This document shows, one piece after another, positions 10,652-18,685 of a stretch of 64,000 nucleotides of DNA. The DNA is from an uncultured bacterium (GTDB lineage: Bacteria > Patescibacteriota > Dojkabacteria > J137), in NCBI GenBank assembly GCA_963700155.1, contig OY969472.1, positions 66,058 through 130,057 on the forward strand, given 5' to 3'. The translations under genes and the position numbers were made by a program. Below the pieces are notes generated by a model that ran no database searches, was not told the DNA's origin, and was given only the letters and a program-made list of their open reading frames with translations. The number at the start of each line of letters is the position of its first letter. The first letter of the stretch is position 1.

Positions 10652-11296
10652 CTATTGTTCAAAAACATCATACTTGAAAACTTTAACTTTCAATGATTTA
10701 AATAAATAAAAAACAGCTAATGCAGTCAGTAAATGCCATATAGTATGACCATTTATTATTAAAATATTCTGGCTGCAATAAATTTTTGTGTAGTCTCCTA
10801 TCCAAAATAAGAATCCTAAAAAAAATAAAGCTATTCCAATTTTCAGGAATTTTATATCCACTATTTCTTGTTTTTTGAGAATTAAATACATCAATCCTAC
10901 AAATGATATCAATGCGAAAAATAAAATTAGCAGAAGTGAAGTATTCAGCATTATTGATGTTATTAGGAGTATGAAATAACTAACATAAACTACAATTTTA
11001 TTTTTCGCCTTTAAATTCAATATAAATTCCAAAATTATAAAGGTCGACAATAGTACCATAGAAGATAAATCCAATATTAGACCAAACTCAGTTTTAAAAG
11101 TATGAAGTATAATACTTGTAATTCCTAAATAACTAGTAAGAACCCCAAAAAGTACAAATTTCCATGACGCTTTTTTCTTTGAGTTTAAAAGTATTATATA
11201 AATTCCAATAAGAATATAAGGAATGCAGCTAAGGGTATTGAAAGTCTCAATATTATTCGAAAAAAGCGTCTCACACCACTTTAACTCTGATAGCAT
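10652..11296 (-). CDS. ceramidase/CREST-family membrane hydrolase
   Basis: WCE...NTLS, SxxxH, D and HTIWHLLTA motifs across ~7 TM helices. Confidence 0.75.
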   Translation of the reverse strand: MLSELKWCETLFSNNIETFNTLSCIPYILIGIYIILLNSKKKASWKFVLFGVLTSYLGITSIILHTFKTEFGLILDLSSMVLLSTFIILEFILNLKAKNKIVVYVSYFILLITSIMLNTSLLLILFFALISFVGLMYLILKKQEIVDIKFLKIGIALFFLGFLFWIGDYTKIYCSQNILIINGHTIWHLLTALAVFYLFKSLKVKVFKYDVFEQ

Positions 11297-11368
11297 AGCT
11301 TTATATCTAAATAATAATCTCTAGATTATACTAATTATTGTGATAGAATAAAGTGCACTTAAACTATT

Positions 11369-13063
11369 GTGAGAATGATACAGAAAAAAAGATTCTTAAC
11401 TAAGAAAAAACTTTTACTATTTTTTATTCTTCTTGTCGGAGGTTATATTTTGATAAGCAATAATCTTTCAGCACAGGTTGATGTACCCGACTCTCCAACA
11501 GTAAGTAGTGTTCAAGATCAATGGTGGAACGATGAATATTCTTATAGAAAAAAGATTGATGCTGGTGATTCCACAACAGCAGTATTTGAAATAAATCATG
11601 CAGAAATGGTTGTTGAAGGAAAATCAAATTCTGATGGGAATGATTTGAAAGTTGTAGCTCAAAAAGATAATGAATCATCAATTGTTAGTATTAATTTATC
11701 AAAACCAGATGTAACTAATACCAAAATTGAATTTACATTACTTAAAGATAACTCATATAAATATTATCTATATTATGGGAATAGATATCCTGAACAGACA
11801 AAAGTTTTAGGAGCTACTAAGATTTCTCTGAATACAAATTCCTCACTTGAACTTGAAGAGTCACCTATTTTTACCATAAATACTCAAAAAAAGTGGGTTC
11901 TAAAAGACTCAGATACAAAAAGTATTCTCTTAAGTTTACAAACAAAAGAAAGGATTGAAAATGCATCTGATGTTTATGCTGTAATAAACAATAATACAGA
12001 TAACAAAATTAAATCTATTTATAAAGATGGAATAATCACTGTTCCAAGCGGAGAAGTAAAGGTTGGAAGAGATAAAGTTTATATTCTCATAAAATATAAC
12101 GGAACAACATTTAGAACTAATACTACAATCTTTAATTATTCTTACCCCTTATATGTTGCATGGACAATAGACTGGGAAGGAACAATTCCTGATTATAAAT
12201 ATTTAGGCGATATGGAGAATATTTCAGAAGACTTTTCTATCCCAATGACTCAATACTTTAATCCTAGAATCTATATTAATTTAAATATTACTGATGAGCA
12301 AAGAAAGTATGTTTCAGATTGGTTAAAGAAAAGATATGTTTTAGGTGACGATATTGGGATGCACATGCATATGCAGCATGATATGGTTGAAGAAGCTGGT
12401 GTTAAAGCAAAATATGATGCACAATCTTGGGATAATGGTGTTAGTGGTTATGATACTCCAAGTACAGATTATACTCATGATGAATATCTGAAAATTTTAG
12501 ATTGGGGGAAAAATGAATTAAAGACTCAACTCTCAAGATTTTCGAATTTTGATATCCCAGACCTTCAAGGTTATCGAGCTGGAGGATGGTTTGCTAATCT
12601 TGATACCCTAAGAGCAATACAAGATGCTGGATTTATTTATGATACTTCCGGAAGATCTCCTTTACCACTTGGAGCAAATAAAATTACTCAAACCTGGAAT
12701 TTAAAAACAACAAGTCAGCCATATTATATTTCCAAAGATGATCAAAATTCAGACACTCCTCCAGTAATGGCTTTAAAAGAACTTCCTGACAATGGAATGG
12801 ATTCATATTGGTCAGCTGCTGAGGAATTAATTCAAAATTTTTATTCAAATTATAATCCTGGTGATGTTCTGACTAGTGATAAGATTGTTGTATTTCTGTC
12901 TCACCCAGACTGGTTTTATATAGATGAGCCTAAACTTACAAAATTATTTACTGAGATAAGCAAATATAAAAATGAATATGATATGGGGCCAGTAAAATTT
13001 GTGACTTTGAGAAACTACCTTGCTAAATCTGATTATATAAATAGTTTGGATAAATCAAATTAG
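11369..13063 (+). CDS. membrane-anchored polysaccharide deacetylase-like protein
   Basis: TIDWE, HMH, YRAGGW, YDTS and SHP motifs; N-terminal WW...YSYRKKI (DUF2341-like) segment. Confidence 0.75.
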   Translation: MRMIQKKRFLTKKKLLLFFILLVGGYILISNNLSAQVDVPDSPTVSSVQDQWWNDEYSYRKKIDAGDSTTAVFEINHAEMVVEGKSNSDGNDLKVVAQKDNESSIVSINLSKPDVTNTKIEFTLLKDNSYKYYLYYGNRYPEQTKVLGATKISLNTNSSLELEESPIFTINTQKKWVLKDSDTKSILLSLQTKERIENASDVYAVINNNTDNKIKSIYKDGIITVPSGEVKVGRDKVYILIKYNGTTFRTNTTIFNYSYPLYVAWTIDWEGTIPDYKYLGDMENISEDFSIPMTQYFNPRIYINLNITDEQRKYVSDWLKKRYVLGDDIGMHMHMQHDMVEEAGVKAKYDAQSWDNGVSGYDTPSTDYTHDEYLKILDWGKNELKTQLSRFSNFDIPDLQGYRAGGWFANLDTLRAIQDAGFIYDTSGRSPLPLGANKITQTWNLKTTSQPYYISKDDQNSDTPPVMALKELPDNGMDSYWSAAEELIQNFYSNYNPGDVLTSDKIVVFLSHPDWFYIDEPKLTKLFTEISKYKNEYDMGPVKFVTLRNYLAKSDYINSLDKSN

Positions 13064-13067
13064 AAAT

Positions 13068-13403
13068 TTATTTTGATTCTTCCCATAATAATTTTTGAAC
13101 ATCTGTCCAAAGATAGGTATAGTCAATTATATGTTCATACAAAGTTCCGACTCCTGTTCTAATATCTGACATAAATCTAAAACAATTATTAAAATCTAAA
13201 TCACTGATTAGATTTTCTAAACTTAGAGCTTTTTTTAAATTTGATAAATCAGTAAGCAAAAGTCCTAAACCTTCATTACCTAAATATATTTTAGACTCGT
13301 TTTTAGATCCTTCACTTAATCTCCACAAAGAATCTTGCAAAAGTACTTCGAAATTATCTAAAGATTCATCGAGATTAGCAGGAACAGCATTTAAATTATT
13401 CAT
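13068..13403 (-). CDS. hypothetical protein
   Basis: 111 aa ORF, no recognised motif. Confidence 0.5.
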   Translation of the reverse strand: MNNLNAVPANLDESLDNFEVLLQDSLWRLSEGSKNESKIYLGNEGLGLLLTDLSNLKKALSLENLISDLDFNNCFRFMSDIRTGVGTLYEHIIDYTYLWTDVQKLLWEESK

Positions 13404-13478
13404 AAAGATTTATTAAAATTTATATATTGAATATTAACACAGTTGTTTGAGTTTCAATAAATTCCAGATTTAATACTA

Positions 13479-14927
13479 CTAATCAAACCTTGGGAAAAGA
13501 ATTATAGTTTCTTGTTCATCCAAAGCATTTTTTGCCTTCACAGAACTATCAGGAATTATTGGAGAATATAACTCTATCACTTTATCTAAGAGATATCCTA
13601 AACTATAAAGAGTTGTTACAATTTTGTTTTCATCTTTTTCAAGCCAAGGTTTGTTTTCATCAATATATTTATTTCCATACGAACATAAATCATTCACAAC
13701 TTGTATAGCTTCAAATATCTGATAATTTTCAAAATACTCTTCAAATCTTTTAACTTCTTTATCTACTATTATTTTTAGTTCATCATCAACTGACTCTAAA
13801 TCAGTTAATTTTATTGTTTTCCTATTTGCTAGATGAATTACCCTATTCAAAAGATTTCCAAAATTATTTCCTAAATCTGAATTATATTTAGTTTCTAATC
13901 TTTCAAAATTAAAATCACCATCATTTCCTAATTGAAATTCTGAAAGTAATGCATATCTGACTGCATCAACAGTATATTTTTGTGATAATTCAACAGGATC
14001 AATTGCATTATTATTACTCTTCCCTATTTTCTGTCCATTTACTGTAAAGAATCCTTGAACGATTACATTTTGCGGTAGCTCATACCCTGCAGACTTTAGC
14101 ATTGCTGGCCATAAAATAGCATGGAATTTAATTATATCTTTACCAACTAAATGATGCGCTGCCGGCCAGAACTTTTTATAGTAATCTTTTGCTTTAAATT
14201 CTGGAAACTGAAGCACCGACAAATAATTCGGCAGCGCATCATACCAGACATAAATAGTTTGTGATTCATCAAACGGAACTTTCACACCCCAAGAAACATT
14301 TGCTCTTGTAACAGGAATATCTTTTAAGCCTGCTTTGATTAAACCATGAACATAAGAAGACCATTTCTCAGGTTTAACAAATTCGGGATTTTCTTCATAA
14401 TACTTTAAAAGCCAATCCTGATACTTAGAAAGTTTAAAATAATAATTTTTTTCTTTTGTATATACTGGTGTTTTTGTAGGATGGTTAGGACATTTTCCAT
14501 CAATCAAATCATCTTCATTATAATAGGCTTCACAACTTTCACAATACCATCCTTCATATTCACCTTCATAAATATCACCGTTATCATAAGATTTTTGGAT
14601 TAATTCTTGAGCAAATTTTTCATGTTCAGGATCAGTTGTTCTTACAAAATAGTCGTTTGAGATTTTTAATTCTTCCCAAATTTTTTGAAATTCAGCTGCA
14701 TAATAATCAACATATTCTTTTGGTGACTGGTTGTTTTCTTTTGCTTTTTTTGCAATATTTCCACCATGTTCGTCTAAACCGGTTAAAAAGAAAACATTTT
14801 CATTTCCTAATTTGTTTCGATAGTATCTTGCAATTGAGTCTGCAATAAAGACGTCATAAGCTGTTCCTATGTGAGGAAGTCCTGTTGGATAAAATATCGG
14901 TGTTGTAATGTAAAAGTTATCGTTCAT
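13479..14927 (-). CDS. metG: methionine--tRNA ligase (short form)
   Basis: YITTPIFY, HIGT, GLDEHG, CxxC knuckle, YVWYDAL, GKDIIKFH, KIGKS. Confidence 0.97.
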   Translation of the reverse strand: MNDNFYITTPIFYPTGLPHIGTAYDVFIADSIARYYRNKLGNENVFFLTGLDEHGGNIAKKAKENNQSPKEYVDYYAAEFQKIWEELKISNDYFVRTTDPEHEKFAQELIQKSYDNGDIYEGEYEGWYCESCEAYYNEDDLIDGKCPNHPTKTPVYTKEKNYYFKLSKYQDWLLKYYEENPEFVKPEKWSSYVHGLIKAGLKDIPVTRANVSWGVKVPFDESQTIYVWYDALPNYLSVLQFPEFKAKDYYKKFWPAAHHLVGKDIIKFHAILWPAMLKSAGYELPQNVIVQGFFTVNGQKIGKSNNNAIDPVELSQKYTVDAVRYALLSEFQLGNDGDFNFERLETKYNSDLGNNFGNLLNRVIHLANRKTIKLTDLESVDDELKIIVDKEVKRFEEYFENYQIFEAIQVVNDLCSYGNKYIDENKPWLEKDENKIVTTLYSLGYLLDKVIELYSPIIPDSSVKAKNALDEQETIILFPRFD

Positions 14928-14970
14928 TTTTAAAGTAAGTAAAATTTAATATTAAAATAATCTTATAAAT

Positions 14971-15396
14971 TCATAATTCTTTGTCCGAGGTAATTCTAGT
15001 AATAATTGATAGACCTTTATCTGGATCTTCTTGATATATTTTAAATGTAGCACCATTCCATCTAAAATAAAAATCGTTACTTTTATTTGAAGCTATCCTT
15101 CTTACCAAATATAACCATTCATTATAACTATAAATTGATAAATCTACTTCTGCATTACTTGCATTAGATAATTGGATATTACATATCTCAAGCGGCATTT
15201 GAACTGATCCGGTACCTCTAATCCGATAAGAACATCGATATACTTTATCAAATAAAATATAAAAAGGTGGATTATATTTATTAATATCACTATTAGAAAT
15301 GTTCTGCTGTTCTAATGCAGAGATATATTCATTAATAATTCTTATTGTTGATTCTATATCTACCTCAAAGTTACTCCAATTGTTAATGTTTTTCAT
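14971..15396 (-). CDS. hypothetical protein between attenuator and metG
   Basis: ORF from MKNINNW; the annotated upstream extension overlaps a terminator. Confidence 0.5.
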   Translation of the reverse strand: MKNINNWSNFEVDIESTIRIINEYISALEQQNISNSDINKYNPPFYILFDKVYRCSYRIRGTGSVQMPLEICNIQLSNASNAEVDLSIYSYNEWLYLVRRIASNKSNDFYFRWNGATFKIYQEDPDKGLSIITRITSDKEL

Positions 15397-15451
15397 ATTT
15401 TTATTATATGATTTACTAAAAAGTTTTGAATAATAAAAGTAAAAGTGAATA

Positions 15452-15562
15452 TAAAAAAATCCCAATTTCTTGGGATTTAAGATTCATATAGGTATGAATA
15501 TAAATCCCTTAGTTGGGAACAGACATCATAATAAAGAATTTTTGTGATTTAGTAATATTCAT
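15452..15562 (-). promoter_or_regulatory. Met-responsive leader-peptide attenuator (putative)
   Basis: leader MNITKSQKFFIMMSVPN* (15562-15509), antiterminator GGGATTTA/TAAATCCC, terminator AAATCCCAA-GAAA-TTGGGATTT+U tract. Confidence 0.65.
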
Positions 15563-15629
15563 ATTAAGAATTTTATCAGATGAAATTGTTATAGACAAAT
15601 TTTATTAGCTATTTTAAAGATTCAATAGC

Positions 15630-15657
15630 GAAAAGGGGGATTTTCATCCCCCTTTTC
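15630..15657 (-). terminator. intrinsic terminator-like hairpin ending the cassette array
   Basis: GAAAAGGGGGAT-GAAA-ATCCCCCTTTTC just after the stop codon at 15662. Confidence 0.7.
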
Positions 15658-15661
15658 TAAA

Positions 15662-15871
15662 CTATCCTTTCTGAAGAGTTTCCTCTTCACTAATGATTTC
15701 AACAGGCCCATCTGCTGATTCGAGGAACCTCTTAGGTTTCTCAGGTAGATGATTTTTCCTCTTCAACTCGGATTCGTCTTCAGCAAGATTGTCCCAAAAA
15801 GTACTTACCTTTAGTTTTACCCATTCAACCAGAAGTTGATAGAGCAAATTAGGGACTATAATGCAGACCAC
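15662..15871 (-). CDS. small membrane protein, last cassette of array (5' end possibly frameshifted; frame open up to ~15930)
   Basis: hydrophobic N-terminus, charged tail KPKRFLESADGPVEIISEEE similar to ORFs 16097 and 17853. Confidence 0.5.
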   Translation of the reverse strand: MVCIIVPNLLYQLLVEWVKLKVSTFWDNLAEDESELKRKNHLPEKPKRFLESADGPVEIISEEETLQKG

Positions 15872-15961
15872 TGTTATAAGCAGCGGAAGTTCAGGGAAAA
15901 CCTTACCTACCGCATAAATAATGAGATTAAATTACTGTTAAGAGCATAAAGAATGGTTTAG

Positions 15962-15973
15962 TTTTAAAAGAAC
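15962..15973 (-). promoter_or_regulatory. boxA-like antitermination element
   Basis: GTTCTTTTAAAA followed by CTAAACCATTCT, preceded by AGTGCTA...TAGTACT hairpin. Confidence 0.6.
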
Positions 15974-16013
15974 TTTAGTACTAAATAATTTTTTACATTA
16001 GCACTTAACTTTT

Positions 16014-16072
16014 ACCGTTTCGTCTTACCAATTACTTGGAAGACTCTTCAGTCCAGCTTCGCTGGAGACGGT
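16014..16072 (-). ncRNA. hammerhead ribozyme, type III
   Basis: ACCGUC^UCCAGC-GAA-GCUGGA-CUGAAGA-GUCUUCCAAGUAAUUGGUAAGAC-GAAACGGU: complete core and three stems; predicted cut between 16067 and 16066. Confidence 0.93.
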
Positions 16073-16096
16073 CAGGGGGATTTTATCCCCCTTTCC

Positions 16097-16621
16097 CTAA
16101 ACCATACCTTTCTCCAATCTTTCGTCGATTGTGGCGTCAACCACGAGGAGACTCTCTCCATTCCAATGGAGATCTTCGTTCTTCGGCTTCTCTTCGTTCT
16201 TATCCTTCTCAGGTTCCATTGGGACAAGATATTTCCCAACCCAATGGTAGCGTACTGGTTGATTCTCGTTTTTCTTTTTTTCCTCGTTTCCAGAATTCTC
16301 CCACTTCAATACCCAGGTTAAGATAAGCCGTGGTCCATCAATTACCAAGTTATAGCACAGCAATACCATCACCATTGGTAATAAATCAAACATCCAATGA
16401 TTAAGGTATAGGTCGAGTAGGTGTATTACGAACACCATCATAGGGATACCTATCTTGAGCCATCCCCACACATCTTCTCTTGTTTCATTTTTAAACCAGA
16501 AATCGGTGAAAAAATCGCCAAATAGAACGCCAAAAACGATAAAAAAAAGGACAGCCAGTATCACGTAGATTACTTTCCCGACGACTACAACAACGACTTT
16601 GGCAATACGTTTTACAGACAC
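16097..16621 (-). CDS. orphan membrane protein (cassette)
   Basis: GTG start with AAGGAGG SD, ~3 TM segments, Lys/Glu-rich tail ending KPKNEDLHWNGESLLVV. Confidence 0.7.
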   Translation of the reverse strand: MSVKRIAKVVVVVVGKVIYVILAVLFFIVFGVLFGDFFTDFWFKNETREDVWGWLKIGIPMMVFVIHLLDLYLNHWMFDLLPMVMVLLCYNLVIDGPRLILTWVLKWENSGNEEKKKNENQPVRYHWVGKYLVPMEPEKDKNEEKPKNEDLHWNGESLLVVDATIDERLEKGMV

Positions 16622-16674
16622 TTTGATTCCCTCCTTTGCGGGTTGAATATCTTGAGAAATTAGAATGGTTTAGA

Positions 16675-16686
16675 TTTTAAAAGAAC
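16675..16686 (-). promoter_or_regulatory. boxA-like antitermination element
   Basis: GTTCTTTTAAAA followed by TCTAAACCATTCT, preceded by AGTATTA...TAATACT hairpin. Confidence 0.6.
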
Positions 16687-16733
16687 AATAAGTATTAAAT
16701 AAAAAATTTTACATTAATACTAATTCTTATTTT

Positions 16734-16762
16734 ATTATATCATAAAAAATATATAATGTATA
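16734..16762 (-). promoter_or_regulatory. possible internal sigma70 promoter
   Basis: TATACA-N17-TATAAT with extended -10 TG, upstream of the boxA at 16686. Confidence 0.45.
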
Positions 16763-16943
16763 TATCGTGTATTAATTAGAGTTTATCAAATGTTTTAGGA
16801 GAAACAAATATCTGCCCTCAAACAACATCCCGATAAAATCAAGATCCCTACCGTGTTTAAGGGCATATATTTACCTACGAATTATACCATTCAGAGTGTA
16901 TTTTAATATTTTTGGACTGTAGGGAAGTCCAATATTATTTTAC

Positions 16944-17002
16944 AAACCTTTCGTCTTACCAAATATGGAAGACTCATCAGTCCCGATTATCGGGAGAGGT
17001 TT
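16944..17002 (-). ncRNA. hammerhead ribozyme, type III
   Basis: AAACCUC^UCCCGA-UAA-UCGGGA-CUGAUGA-GUCUUCCAUAUUUGGUAAGAC-GAAAGGUUU; predicted cut between 16996 and 16995. Confidence 0.93.
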
Positions 17003-17050
17003 TGGCGGGATTCATATAGACTTTAACTAAAGTATCCCGCCAATTTACGC

Positions 17051-17365
17051 CACAGAGTGAATCATTTTGATATCTCCTCTAGAATCGAACATCTGGGCAA
17101 AAGCCCTTTGATCATTCACTTTAGCTAGTGAGACTAAAGTACTCAATAACTCCTTCGATGTTCCATCTTAGGTAGTTGATCAGGTCAAGTTACTGACCCT
17201 ATTGAGTTTGCACTAATATTTTTAGTACTATCGCATCGGCCCCAGAGAATTAGCTAACTCCGTACCGACTTTGCGCACAGGCAGTTTGTGATTTAACACA
17301 GCAGAGGGCTACTAACCACGATTTGAGTAACTAACCCAAACCAACATCTGCACTTATACCCTGTG
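17051..17365 (-). ncRNA. unassigned multi-stem structured RNA (~315 nt)
   Basis: closing stem CACAGGGU/ACUCUGUG, at least 8 internal helices, possible GAACAUC/GAUGUUC long-range pairing; no ORF. Confidence 0.6.
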
Positions 17366-17387
17366 AATTTTGTAATTCCCTCGAGAA

Positions 17388-17660
17388 TTATTTCAAAGTT
17401 AACTCCTTGTATCTACGGATTCCCTGCACAACGCCTCTATAGAAGCAATCTCCAGCGGGATACCACTGGAGTGAGTCCTGTTCACGCATCTCAATCTTGA
17501 GATACGTTTCGAGTCCCCCATGGTCCTCCACGATGACCAGGAATACTACATGACCCCGTGGGTCTTCAACCAGAAACTCGCAGTATTGACCTGCGAGGTC
17601 AAGGTCGAGCTTTTGAAGCTCGACTGCCGCCGCAATTTCGAACCTTGAGTATTTATTCAT
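17388..17660 (-). CDS. orphan protein (cassette)
   Basis: ATG at 17660 with GGAGGAG SD; 90 aa; GC-richer than flanking host genes. Confidence 0.7.
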   Translation of the reverse strand: MNKYSRFEIAAAVELQKLDLDLAGQYCEFLVEDPRGHVVFLVIVEDHGGLETYLKIEMREQDSLQWYPAGDCFYRGVVQGIRRYKELTLK

Positions 17661-17680
17661 CTTCTCCTCCACAGAGAACT

Positions 17681-17764
17681 ACATGCCAAATGGCATGAGC
17701 TTATAGACATACATCTACAAACTGCTGCCATCTAACAATTCGATAGTATAAATTTTTAAAGACC
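17681..17764 (-). repeat. boxA + conserved leader hairpin, copy A
   Basis: GGTCTTTAAAAA...ATGGCAGCAG-stem-CTCATGCCATTTGGCATG; homologous to 19742-19803 and 20550-20634. Confidence 0.8.
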
Positions 17765-17820
17765 CAGTTTCGTCTTACCAAAATTTGGAAGACTCATCAG
17801 TCAGGCTAAGCCTGAGACTG
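17765..17820 (-). ncRNA. hammerhead ribozyme, type III
   Basis: CAGUC^UCAGGC-UUA-GCCUGA-CUGAUGA-GUCUUCCAAAUUUUGGUAAGAC-GAAACUG; predicted cut between 17816 and 17815. Confidence 0.93.
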
Positions 17821-17852
17821 TGGAGAGGAATTTCACCTCTCCGATTTTGACT

Positions 17853-18329
17853 TTATTTCTTTTTTCTAAACCATCCTTTCTGAGGATCTTCGTCCTCCTC
17901 TATGATCTCAAGCGACTCTTCGTGCCACACAAGATCATTTTTGGGGGTTTCTTCGTTTTTCTTTTTCTTCTCTTTCTCCTCTTTATCCTCTGGAATCTTC
18001 TCCCAGAATCTAAAAAGAAGAATCCTGACTCCATCAACCAGGAGTTGACCTACCATGTAGGTCGCTAACATGATTATTAAAGCTTGGATTACGACTTGCA
18101 CTAAGTCATAATTCATGGGATTAATTGAATTCGTGAACATTATTATTGCTATTGCCCCGATAATAAGGGGTAATACCAATTTGAAAAAAAAGATTGAGGA
18201 GGTATTGCCGTGTAGCATCCACCAGTCCCAATCACCAAAGAATAAAACAGAAAATACCCTCCCCAAATTCTTCTTGGAAAGTCTGATATAGTTGTAAAAT
18301 TTTCGTAGATCCCGACGAGTGATCATCAT
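17853..18329 (-). CDS. orphan membrane protein (cassette)
   Basis: AGGGAG SD, 2-3 TM segments, tail TPKNDLVWHEESLEIIEEDE; paralog of 16097-16621. Confidence 0.7.
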   Translation of the reverse strand: MMITRRDLRKFYNYIRLSKKNLGRVFSVLFFGDWDWWMLHGNTSSIFFFKLVLPLIIGAIAIIMFTNSINPMNYDLVQVVIQALIIMLATYMVGQLLVDGVRILLFRFWEKIPEDKEEKEKKKKNEETPKNDLVWHEESLEIIEEDEDPQKGWFRKKK

Positions 18330-18425
18330 TTACTCCCTAGTAGAAAAATTGAACGAATTGTCATAATCGACATTCTAAGAACTTTGAGTACTCAAAATGC
18401 CGACTATGACTTAAGATGGTCTAGA

Positions 18426-18437
18426 TTTTTAAAGAAC
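18426..18437 (-). promoter_or_regulatory. boxA-like antitermination element
   Basis: GTTCTTTAAAAA followed by TCTAGACCATCTT and a long GTCATAGTCGGCATT/AATGTCGATTATGAC leader hairpin. Confidence 0.6.
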
Positions 18438-18502
18438 TTTATATTAATCCCAATGTAAAAGCATAAAAGGTTTCTCCCCTGATTTCTCAGGGGAGAGATA
18501 AC

Positions 18503-18683
18503 GAAATTTCAGACTTTAGTCTATCTCCAATTGGAGATTGTACCTGCACAAGGCAGGATTTTTCTGATCTATTCTTTTCTCAGGTTTATAACGGGTCTGC
18601 TAACCGTACAGTTCAGCCTGGTAAGGTTAGACTAAAACTGTCCCTAAGCTTTATTCAAGTTTAGGTTTGAGATATGAAATTTC
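18503..18683 (-). ncRNA. unassigned multi-stem structured RNA (~180 nt, 3' trailer)
   Basis: closing GAAAUUUCA/UGAAAUUUC, inner UUUAGUCUA/UAGACUAAA, hairpins CCUGC/GCAGG, AUCUCC/GGAGAU, ACGG/CCGU. Confidence 0.5.
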
Positions 18684-18685
18684 AC

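Noticed and set aside
17051-17365. tmRNA, RNase P RNA, SRP RNA or group II intron
   Set aside because: No tRNA-like ends, no GAGGAAAGUCC P4 motif, no SRP domain IV loop and no recognisable domain V seen
16036-18068. Plus-strand ORFs 16036-16326 and 17820-18068
   Set aside because: Antisense to cassette genes and overlapping the ribozyme or hairpin elements
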